A stretch of DNA of 64,000 nt, from contig NW_003314264.1 of assembly GCF_000143415.4 (NCBI RefSeq), positions 265,492-329,491 on the forward strand. Direction: 5' to 3'. Below the pieces are notes generated by a model. The model had not been told where the DNA came from and did not search any database. It saw only the letters and a program-made list of their open reading frames with translations. Source of the stretch: Selaginella moellendorffii. Lineage: Eukaryota; Plantae; Lycopodiophyta. Position numbers and translations under genes: made by a program. This document shows positions 49,330 through 60,500 of the stretch, one piece after another. Position 1 is the stretch's first letter. Each line of letters starts with the position of its first letter.

Positions 49330-49839
49330 TAGGTATAAGTAGCTAAGCACACTAGACCTCTAGGTTCCTAATCTCCCTTGGTACAACAAGGCTTGATTAT
49401 GAGACCTTCTAAATACTAAGTTTTGGGTGCATCTTTTGCTTTGAAACCCCGAGGGGAAACATCATGACCTAACGGCTTGGTACCTTAACCCTAGTCCCAA
49501 CCTCAAATCAATTTAGAAGCACCATTAGAGAGTTCCTTCAAGATTGGGTTTTGGACCTCATTACCCCTATTGTACTTTTGGAACCCCCTGCAGCCCCCCA
49601 CAACCTGTATTAGTTTTGGATTTGGTCTCAGCATTGCCTTCAACTTGATTTCGGACTCAATCTCAAATTCAATCTGGGAGTCGGTTTTGGACACAATTTC
49701 GGACTTAGTCTTATCAAATGAACTCTTTATCATTTCGATCTTGATTTCAATGATCCTTTAGCCTATAACATTTATAGAAGAAATTTGATGCCCATATTGT
49801 ACATTTCTATTTAATCCTTTAACTTGTTGACCATGTTTC
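49330..49839 (-). mobile_element. Degenerate LTR-element remnant, reverse homologue of ~8515-9470
   Basis: TTAATCCTTTAACTTGTTGACCATG mirrors CATGGTCAACAAGTCATAGGATTAA (8518); TTGGTACAACAAGGCTTGAT mirrors 9421-9441. Confidence 0.7.
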
Positions 49840-49860
49840 TGTGAGACATAAAATCCCTAG
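49840..49860 (+). mobile_element. First 21 bp of a third LTR of the same family, interrupted by the host element
   Basis: TGTGAGACATAAAATCCCTAG matches the LTR start TGTGAGACACAAAATCCCTAG (53156, 59073). Confidence 0.85.
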
Positions 49861-52800
49861 TGTAAGCGACTAATTTTTCCATTCTACTTTAATCACTTAA
49901 CCACACCTCCGACCACTTGGAGGAGTCTCATTCACAACCTCCATAAGTCCAATTCAGGACTTGGGACTTGCTAGCCCCGAGAATGGCATCCATGCCACTC
50001 AACATTTGCACTTGGTCCAAGTGCTCCACGTGTCTGATCCCATGACCGACACTCAAAGGTACCACCGACATGGCATCTTGTTACGCTAAGGCCATGCCCA
50101 ATCACCTTTGCCACACTGGTAGTCCAATACCACATGCATCCCAGTCTTTGGCTCTCCAAGACTAGGCAAACCATTCGTGAGTGGTCATCTCAGATCCACT
50201 CCTTAGCATCCTTAGGATGCCCACCGACAAGGGGAATAGCCTTCCCCAATATCCCTCTGTCAGCCCCCACTAAGTCCCTTTCTGCCCCTGGCCGTGTTTG
50301 CCAACACTACCATTGGTTCGAGGCCCACAGGCCTGACCACTAAGTCCCACGGTCCTCTGGGACTTCCTCACCACACGACTGTGTCCTTGGTCACTACCCC
50401 AGAGGACTACTCCTCTTCCTTTCCACAGTCTGGGCCTTTGGGACAACATTTCGGAACACCGTGGCCTTACGCGAGCCACCTGGGTACTCTCCCCGCCTTT
50501 CACCTTTAGGTGCTCTAGCCATGGGCTTAGAGCGAGGTTCCGTTGAGCCACACCTAGTATCCAAGTAGGTAGTGCCACCCACACTTGGACTGGGAGCATC
50601 GGCCAGTTGATCTCCCGGGGGAACTAGAGCCGGCTCTTGAACACTTCACCAAGCTACCCTGCTTGTCGGTCCATGTTCACTCTAGTCTTGGACTTCCCAG
50701 TGGTCAGCTCATCACCCAACACTGGGTCTGGCCTTCCTGGGCCAAACTGGCCTTTCCTGGCCAAACTGGCTCCACTGCAGTCCTCTCCCTTACTATACTT
50801 TTGGAGCTCACCAAACCCCCCAGGGTCTGGGAGACAAACGCTTTGGGCTTTCACCCTCTTAGACTCGAACTCGGACTCGGACTCAGACTCGGACTCGGAC
50901 TCGGACTCGGCCTCCGCCTCGGTCTCGGTCCCGGTCTCGGTCTCGGTCTTGGTCCCGATCTCGGTCTCGACCTCGGACTTCATCTCGGGTCCTTCTCAGA
51001 CTCCATCTCGGGTCCATCTCGGACTCCATCTCGGATCCTTCTCAGTATCCATCTCGGGTCCATCTCGGGTCCATCTCGGACTCCATCTCAGAGTCCGTCT
51101 CGGTCCATCTCGGGCTCCATCTCGGGTCCATCTCGGACTCCATCTCGGGTCCATCTCAGACTCCATCTCGGATTCCGTCTCGGTCCATCTCGGACTCCAT
51201 CTCGGACTCCGTCTCGGTCCATCTCGGACTCCATGTCGGACTCTACTTCGGACTCCATCTCGGACTCCATCTCGGACTCCACCTCGGACTCCATCTCGGA
51301 CTCTGTCTTGGTCCATCTCGGACTCCATCTCGGACTCCACTTCGGACTCCACCTTGGACACTCCCACGTGTCATGTGTTGGTCCTTTTTGGGTCCCTTTT
51401 TGGAGCCTCGCTTATTGCTCGCTTCGTGCTTGTTCCTCGAGCACTTTGTTGGGAGTTCCACTCCCGCTCTCAACCTTTCAAATCGGCGCTTTTAGTCCAA
51501 ACGTGTTACGCTCGTTTGGCTTTCGCTTCGGCCACTACCACGTGGCACCCTTCCGACTCCACTTTGGGGCCTAGGGATTTTGTGTCTCACAACTCCACCA
51601 CCCATAGACGAAGTTCGATGTCCTCATCGAACGGTAAACCATTCTATAAAGTAACACCCACATGTGTTACTATTTCCACCCTTGGCACCTAGCCAATATT
51701 TGTCAATGGTTTGACATTGAAGGCCCACCATGCCTTCTCCATATTCGTCAATGGTTTGACACCAAAGGCTCACCATGCCTTGCCCATCCTCTAAGGAGGA
51801 TAGTCTCTCCAACTTAGAGACTCACTTGACCACCTGGGGTGGGTTGCTCCTTTTTATTGGTTCAGTTCTCGCTAAACCCGTTAAAGACACCCTCTCTAAC
51901 TCAATTCCATTACTCATTCTTGAGTAGTCACAAATTCCATTGATCTACCTTTGCACTTTGGAACGTTTACTTTTGACTTTTTGAAGTCAATTTCCTAGGT
52001 GTCTCTGACACCTTGCCTTGCACATTTTGTGCAACTCCACTTCCCCTCCTAGGAAGTTCTCTATTCGAGGGCACCCTCATCCTCTTTTTTATTTTTGTGC
52101 CACCATTGGCATTACATTCCATTTATCATTATTTGTGCTAGGGCTGTCCACGGCCCTATCTTTTGGCTCCTTAGTTGCTCCCTCACTTGGAGCCTTTCTT
52201 TTGCCAAATTGGAGCACTTGGGAATCCATCCTTGGAAGTTCACTTCTTTTTCCGCAATCCGTTAGCATCAAACACATTAGTGTTCCTTGGCTAACTTTGC
52301 TACTTGGATTCTTTCCAATGGATTCCACGGCCCTATCTTGGGCACTTGTTTTTTGCTCCTATCCTTGGATTGTTGCACCAAGCAACATAAGATCATTACC
52401 TCCCTCATGGAGGTATTCTTTTGGTTCCATAGCGAAGGATCTGCTTTGCCCAAACTAGGGTGTTCACCCCTAGTAAGTCTCCCCAACTGTTCTAGGCTCT
52501 TTTCCTAGCCCAACCTTGTGACCCACCCATGGGCCTGTCTCTGGAGACTATTTTCTTGAACTCATAATACCATTGTATTGTAGTAGTTCATTTCCCTTAG
52601 GTGTCCTTCCCACTTAGTCACCTTGACCAAGCCACACCTTTATCAATAGTTCAAATCAACACTTTGAACTAGGAATCATATCCCTTAACCCAAACAAAGA
52701 CCTTGTCCTTGTTTAGCCACAAGATCACCTAGTGATCTCATCTTGACCCCTTAATAGGTCTAGCAATAGGAACTAGGTCTTCCAGACCCTTCTAAGTTAT

Positions 52801-53384
52801 TGATTATGACCCCGGGGGCATCCCCCACACTTGGCGGTGCGCCCAAGCCAGCCCTTCCGGCCAAGGATCCATAGCAACTGAGACTGGGTGTCCCCATCTC
52901 ATTCACCACGTCCTTGGTGCCCTTTGCACCAAAGTGTTCAAGTTAGATATGCCGAGCTTTCACTCTAAGCAATCTAACCGTGCATCACGACTCCAAGGCA
53001 TCCCTCGCTTGGTGGTGTGCCCAAACCAGTCTCCAAACTAAGAGTCCATGACCACCGAAAAATGAGTGTCCTCATATTCCAAACCATCACCACACCCTAG
53101 TGAGTTGGGACTTGAACCCAAGCACTAGAGGGTTGGAACTCGAACCCAACCTCCGTGTGAGACACAAAATCCCTAGGCCCCAAAGTGGAGCCGGAAGGGC
53201 GCCACATGGTAGTGGCCGAAGCGAGAGCCAAACGAGCGTAACACGTTTGGACCAAAAGCTCCGACTTGAAAAGTCAAGAGCGGGAGTGGAACTCCCAACG
53301 AAGTGCTCGAGGAACGAGCACGAAGCGAGCAAAAGGCGAGGCTCCAAAAAGGGACCCAAAAGGACCAACGCATGACACGTGGGA

Positions 53385-53970
53385 GTGTCCGAGATGGAGT
53401 CTGAGGTGGACCCGAGATGGACCCGAGTTGGAGTCCGAAGTGGAGTCCGAGATGGACCCGAGTTGGAGTCCGAAGTGGAGTCCGAGGTGGACCCGAGATG
53501 GACCCGAGTTGGAGTCCGAAGTGGAGTCCGAGATGGAGTCCGAGATGGAGTCCGAGGTGGACCCGAGATGGACCCGAGTTGGAGTCCGAAGTGGAGTCCG
53601 AGATGGACCCGAGATGGAGTCCGAGATGGAGTCCGAGATGGAGTCCGAGGTGGACCCGAGATGGACCCGAAATGGAGTCCGAGATGGAGTCCGAGATGGA
53701 CCCGAGATGGAGTCCGAGATGGAGTCCGAGATGGACCCGAGATGGACCCGAGATGGACCCGAGATGGAGTCCGAGATGGAGTCCGAGATGGACCCGAGAT
53801 GGAGTCCGAAGTCGAGACCGAGACCGGGACCGAGACCGGGACCGAGACCGAGACCGAGATCGGGACCGAGACCGAGGCCGAGGCCGAGACCGAGCCCGAG
53901 CCCGAGTCCGAGTCCGAATCCGAGTCCGAGTCCGAGTCCGAGTCCGAGTCCGAGTCCGAGTCCGAGTCCG
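53385..53970 (+). repeat. LTR-internal minisatellite (GGAGTCCGAGAT / GGACCCGAGAT units, then GAGACC/GAGTCC hexamers); also at 59300-59910 and 50862-51360 (reverse)
   Basis: Read directly; produces the low-complexity pseudo-ORFs (WSPR, ESEM, RD). Confidence 0.95.
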
Positions 53971-56900
53971 GAGCCTGAGAGGGTGAAAGCCCAAAGCGTT
54001 CGTCTCCCAGACCCTGGGGGGTTTGGTGAGCCCCAAAAGTATAGTAGGGGGAGGACTGCAGTGGAGCCAGTTTGGCCAGGAAAGGCCAGTTTGGCCCAGG
54101 AAGGCCAGACCCAGTGTTGGGTGATGAGCTGCCCACTGGGAAGTCCAAGACTAGAGTGAACACAGACCGACAAGCGGGGTAGCTTGGTGATGTGTTCAAG
54201 AGCCGGCTCTAGTTCCCCCGGGAGATCGACTGGCCGATGCTCCCAGTCCAAGTGTGGGTGGCACTACCTACTTGGATACCTGGTGTGGCTCAATGGAACC
54301 CGCTCTAAGCCCATGGCTAGAGCACCCAAGGGCAGAAGGCGAGGAGAGTACCTAGGTGGCTCGCGGAAGGCCACGGTGTTCCGAAATGTTGTCCCAAAGG
54401 CCCAGACTGTGGAAAGGAAGAGGAGCAGTCCTCTGGGGTAGTGACCAAGGACACAGTCGTGTGGTGAGGAAGTCCCAGAGGACCGTGGGACTTAGTGGTC
54501 GGGCCTGTGGGTCTCGGTCCAGTGGCAGTGTTGGCAAACACGGCCAGGGGCAGAAAGGGACTTAGTGGGGACTGACAGAGGGATATTGGGGAAGGCTATC
54601 CCCCTTGTCGGTGGGCATCCTAAGGATGCTAAGGAGTGGATCTGAGATGACCACTCACGGATGGTATGCCTAGTCTTGGGGAGCCAAGACTGTGATGCAA
54701 GTGGTATTGGACTACCAGTGTGGCAAAGGTGATTGGGCATGGCCTTAGCGTAACGGGCTGCTATGTCGGTGGTACCTTTGAGTGTCGGTCATGGGATCGG
54801 ACACGTGGAGCACTTGGACCAAGTGCAAATGTTGAGTGGCATGGATGCCATTCTCGGGGCTAGCAAGTCCCAAGTCCTGGATTGGACTTATGGAGGTTGT
54901 GAATGAGACTCCTCCAAGTGGTCGGAGATGTGGTTAAGTGACTAAAGTAGAATGGAAAATTTAGTCGCTTACAATTTGGTATCGGAGCAGTTCCTTAGTC
55001 CGACTTTTATTGGTGCTCAAGTATATCACCACTAGTGTTGGCATCGGAAGGTCCAAGGAGTGGGTCTATCCTTGAGGAGTAGCAAGTCGGGAAGACATGG
55101 CTCTCCATTACAGTTCATGTGTGAACTTGTAGACGAGGTGGTGGATAGAAAAGTGCCAATAATGGAACGACTTTGGGATCTTGGGAACAGTGCAAGGTTT
55201 TCCTCATTGAGTTGAGGATGTGATCCGGATGAGCATTTGTCTCAGCAAATTGGCTAAGGTTGTTGTGGTAAACAACTAAAGTTGGGATCACGGGAAAGAT
55301 AGAGACTCCAAAACAATAAAGGAGTCACAAGATTATCCTCATATAGTTGAGGTTGGTGCTCATGAATGTGAGACCAAAGGTAATGACCGTGGAAGGTCAA
55401 ATACGGAAGAGGACTCAAGTCCTTGAAATGGTAGCCGGGGCTACCTCTAATAAATGCTGGAACAACCCAAGGAGTTGGGGGTGTATTGAGTGGATGAGTT
55501 GGTATTCTCATCACATGGACAAGTAGTCCTAAGGGGCAAAGGTTGCCCTCAGAGAACAAAATCAAGTGTCGGAGTAACACTTGTGAAAATAGTCCTTTTG
55601 AGTAGGACAAGAATGCAAGAAGTGTATTCCAGTGAGCTAGTGCCTCACAAGTAGGACCTTACGGGTCTATGGATTAACCAAGTCCAAAATTGCTGGATGA
55701 CTCAAGTAGAGTCAACGGATGGTCCTAAAAGGACTGATGGAAGCATTTGGACTGAGGTGTGTTGTACCCCACAAAGGATGGGGGGGGGGATCATAGGATC
55801 CAAGGATGAGAACAGAGGGTATCTCATCAATGGCAAAATAGGCCATGCTAAAGTTATGGGAAAGGTGTTCCCAGAAGAAAACAACTTTGACATAAAGTTG
55901 TGTATGACCTCTATGGTGCAGTGCTAACGGATGGTTGGCATGAGAAAGAGCGGTGTTGGTCTTGGCAAAGACTTAGACACGAAGGGGAAATGTCATAGAG
56001 GTAGGCTCGTGGAGCCGATGGTGTGGAGACACCAAATGTGCCAAGGTGTGATACCTTGAGGCTATGTTGGTGGGTTCATGAGAACCCCTTGCCAAAGGAA
56101 TCCCAATGGAAATGGGAATAGCATAGCCTAAGCTGCAGAGCATGCAGTTGGAGTGTGGTGACCCAGATAATGATGGAGGTGTGAAAGCACCAAGCAATGA
56201 GTTGTAGGACTTGACAACTATGAGGCAACTAAGCAAGAGGTGCAAAATAACTGGTTAAACGGGTAGAAGGTAGCTACCCAAGACTTCTTAATGGCATAAG
56301 GAAGTTGGATATACCCTTACGGGGGATAAGTTGCTTGTGTTGCGATATAGTAAGTCAATGTCATAAAAGGAAATACTCATTGTCAAGAAAGCCATCATTG
56401 GGACACCGGGACACTCTAGAACACCAGAAGGTGGTGTTTGATGTCGCGAGGGCAATGGATAAAGCCCAAGGGACTAAGTCCCTAGCGAATGATGGATAGA
56501 AGGTGCTATCCAAATGTCCAAGGTTGCGGAGACAGGACAGGACTGTCTACCCGAATTGGACAAAGCCAAAAATGGAATTTTGGCAAAGCTAGTGATGGGC
56601 ATGTAAAGGCCCATAAGCAACAATGTAATCCCAGTGTGTGGGATTATAAGGTGAGCATACCCGGATTGAGGAACCACTCCCTAGGCTATTGGGTAGGTCC
56701 ATCCCTAAGAATACTTGCTAAAGCATGACAGAAAGTGCAAAGCTATCCTCCTGGTCTGGAGGAGAATGACCGAAGGAAAGGTGTGAAGCCAAAAGCAAGT
56801 AGTATTGGGATGGAATTGAACCATAGAAATCAAAGGGCATATCCAATAGTGGTTATGAAAGTTGGGAGTGGAGAATCAAGAGGGTGCTCGAGGATGTTGT

Positions 56901-57460
56901 TGCTAGCAACCGTGATGCCATGGAGAGTCTAAAATATGGAATTGTCCATGTTAGACTATATGGCAACTATAAAGCTTGTGAAAGGGGAGGCCTTAGCAAG
57001 CTGAGGGACAGAGTTCCTTCAAGGTTCCCAAAGACGATTCTAGGTAGCGTAGTACCTAGAAAGGCCAAGTGTAAATGGTTCATGGAACGCGCGAAATCAG
57101 AGTAGCGCAGCAGAAGCGTGGTCTTGAAGCTTGCCATGAGGCAAGGTTATCAAGGTTAGGGAAGTAGTTCCCGAGTGTTCAAAGAGAGGGCTTTGAACGA
57201 AAGTCGATGGTCAAGGACTTTCACGCTTATGCAGGAACCATGTTACAATGGTCGGAGGACTTGCCAAGTGAGATTGGCACGTCGGGGGAACAAAGACCCT
57301 AATTGAAGGTGATAACTTCAAAAAGGGTGGGCCATGGGGCCGAGCATGGAGGAGTCCATGCATGATCACAGACATGTCAAGTGAGAGGACTTGGCAGTGT
57401 GGAGGAACTAGGTTCCTAAGCTGTGATCTGTAGCGCGCTTTAAAAATAAGTTGGTGCACC

Positions 57461-57572
57461 GGCGTGGGGAGTCACGCCAGGCATCTAGTGTGATGCCGTC
57501 CGTAGATGCATATACGGAGGTTGGGTTCGAGTCCTGACCCTATAGTGCTTGGGTTCGAGTCCCAAATCACTA
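57461..57572 (+). other. Cluster of five stem-loops, the last two capped by TTCGAGT (T-loop/B-box-like)
   Basis: GGCGTG..CACGCC; GGCATC..GATGCC; CCGTA..TACGG; GGTTGGG-TTCGAGT-CCTGACC; TAGTGCTTGGG-TTCGAGT-CCCAAATCACTA. Confidence 0.7.
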
Positions 57573-60500
57573 GGGCGTGGTGATGGTTTGGAATATGAGG
57601 ACACTCATATTTCGGTGGTCATGGACTCTCAGTGGGGAGACTGGTTTGGGCACACCGCCAAGCGAGGGATGCCTCGGAGTCGTGATGCACGGTTAGATTG
57701 CTTAGTGTGAAAGCTCAGCATATCTAACTTGAACACTTTGGTGCAAGTGGCACCAAGGTCGTGGTGAGTGAGATGGGGACACCTAATCTCAGTTGCTATG
57801 AACCCTTGGCCGTAAGGGCTAGCTTGGGTGCACCGCCAAGTGTGGGGGATGCCCCCGGGGTTATAGTCAACAACTTGGAGGTCTAGAAAACCAAGTACCT
57901 CTTGGCAACTCTGTTAAGGTGCCAAGGTGAGATCACTAGGTGATCTTATGGCCAGAAAAGGACAAGGTCCTTGGTTGGCTAAGGAATGAAGTTCCTGGTT
58001 CAAAATGTTGAAATTGAACTGTTTAAGGTGGTGTGGCTTGGTCGTGATAACCAAGTGGGAAGAGCACCTAAGGGAAATAAACTATGTCCGTGCGATGGCA
58101 TAGTGAGTCCGAGGAAAGTAGTCTCTATAAAAGACCCATGGGAGGGTCACGAAGTTGGGCCGTGGATAGAGCCCATAGCAGAAGATGCTAAAGAGACGTA
58201 CTAGGGGTGAACATCCTCTGGACTTGGCAAAGAAGAGTCTTTGCTATGGAACCGAAACAATACCTCAAGGAGGGAGGTAGAGATTCGATGTTGCTTGGTG
58301 CAACAATCAACGGATAGGAGCAAAAGATGAATGGCCAAGATAGGGCCGTGGAATCCCTTGGAAGGAATCCAAGTGACAAAGTTAGGCGAGGAACACTAAT
58401 GTGTTGGACGCTAACAAGTTGCGGGAAAGGAAGTGTGTTTCCAAGGAGGGATTCCGAATTGCTCCGATTTGGCAAAAGTGGAAGCTCCAAGGGAGGGAGC
58501 GGTAAGGTAGCCAAATGATAGGGCGATGAACAGCCCTAGCACAAAGTATGATAACTGGAACTTTGGCACGAAATAGAAGAGAGGATGATGGTGCCCTCGA
58601 GTAGAGAACTTCCTAGGATGGGAAGTGGAGTTGCACAAAAGGTGCAAGGCAAGGTGTCGGAGACACCTAGGAAATTGACTCCAAGAAGTCAAAATTCAAA
58701 GTTCCAAAGTGCAAAGGTTATATCGATGGAAATTGAGACTACTCGAGAAGGAGTAGTGGGATTGACTTAGAGAAGGGTCTCTAAGAGGTTTAGCGAGAAC
58801 TAAACCAATAAAAGGAGAGAACCACTCCTTGTGGTCCAATCAGTCTCTAAGTTGGGGAGACTACACTCCTTAGAGGATAGGCAAGGCATGGTGAGCCTTT
58901 GGTGTCAAACCATTGAGGCATATGCAAAAGGCATGGTGAGCCTTCAATGTCAAACCATTGACAAATATTGGCTAGGTGCCAAGGATGGAAATGGTAACAC
59001 ATACGAGTGTTACTTTACAAAATGGTTTACCGTTCGATGAGGACATCGAACTTCGTCTATGGGTGGTGGAGTTGTGAGACACAAAATCCCTAGGCCCCAA
59101 AGTGGAGCCGGAAGGGCGCCACATGGTAGTGGCCGAAGCGAGAGCCAAACGAGCGTAACACGTTTGGACCAAAAGCTCCGACTTGAAAAGTCAAGAGCGG
59201 GAGTGGAACTCCCAACGAAGTGCTCGAGGAACGAGCACGAAGCGAGCAAAAGGCGAGGCTCCAAAAAGGGACCCAAAAGGACCAACGCATGACACGTGGG
59301 AGTGTCCGAGATGGAGTCCGAGGTGGACCCGAGATGGACCCGAGTTGGAGTCCGAAGTGGAGTCCGAGATGGACCCGAGTTGGAGTCCGAAGTGGAGTCC
59401 GAGGTGGACCCGAGATGGACCCGAGTTGGAGTCCGAAGTGGAGTCCGAGATGGAGTCCGAGATGGAGTCCGAGGTGGACCCGAGATGGACCCGAGTTGGA
59501 GTCCGAAGTGGAGTCCGAAGTGGACCCGAGATGGAGTCCGAGATGGAGTCCGAGATGGAGTCCGAGATGGACCCGAGATGGAGTCCGAGATGGACCCGAA
59601 ATGGAGTCCGAGATGGAGTCCGAGATGGACCCGAGATGGAGTCCGAGATGGAGTCCGAGATGGACCCGAGATGGACCCGAGATGGACCCGAGATGGAGTC
59701 CGAGATGGAGTCTGAGATGGAGTCGGAGATGGAGTCCGAGATGGAGTCTGAAGTCGAGACCGAGACCGGGACCGAGACCGGGACAGAGACCGAGACCGAG
59801 ATCGGGACCGAGACCGAGACCGAGGCCGAGGCCGAGACCGAGCCCGAGCCCGAGCCCGAGTCCGAATCCGAGTCCGAGTCCGAGTCGAGTCCGAGTCCGA
59901 GTCCGAGTCCGAAGCCTGAGAGGGTGAAAGCCCAAAGCGTTCGTCTCCCAGACCCTGGGGGGTTTGGTGAGCCCCAAAAGTATAGTAGGGGGAGGACTGC
60001 AGTGGAGCCAGTTTGGCCAGGAAAGGCCAGTTTGGCCCAGGAAGGCCAGACCCAGTGTTGGGTGATGAGCTGCCCACTGGGAAGTCCAAGACTAGAGTGA
60101 ACACAGACCGACAAGCGGGGTAGCTTGGTGATGTGTTCAAGAGCCGGCTCTAGTTCCCCCGGGAGATCGACTGGCCGATGCTCCCAGTCCAAGTGTGGGT
60201 GGCACTACCTACTTGGATACCTGGTGTGGCTCAATGGAACCCGCTCTAAGCCCATGGCTAGAGCACCCAAGGGCAGAAGGCGAGGAGAGTACCTAGGTGG
60301 CTCGCGGAAGGCCACGGTGTTCCGAAATGTTGTCCCAAAGGCCCAGACTGTGGAAAGGAAGAGGAGCAGTCCTCTGGGGTAGTGACCAAGGACACAGTCG
60401 TGTGGTGAGGAAGTCCCAGAGGACCGTGGGACTTAGTGGTCGGGCCTGTGGGTCTCGGTCCAGTGGCAGTGTTGGCAAACACGGCCAGGGGCAGAAAGGG

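Noticed and set aside
57461-57572. Embedded tRNA gene or hammerhead ribozyme (retrozyme)
   Set aside because: No cloverleaf/anticodon arm and no CTGANGA...GAAA catalytic core visible
50585-60192. 300+ aa ORFs (WSPR/ESEM/GLGL repeats) in the LTRs
   Set aside because: Translations of the LTR minisatellite, open in many frames on both strands
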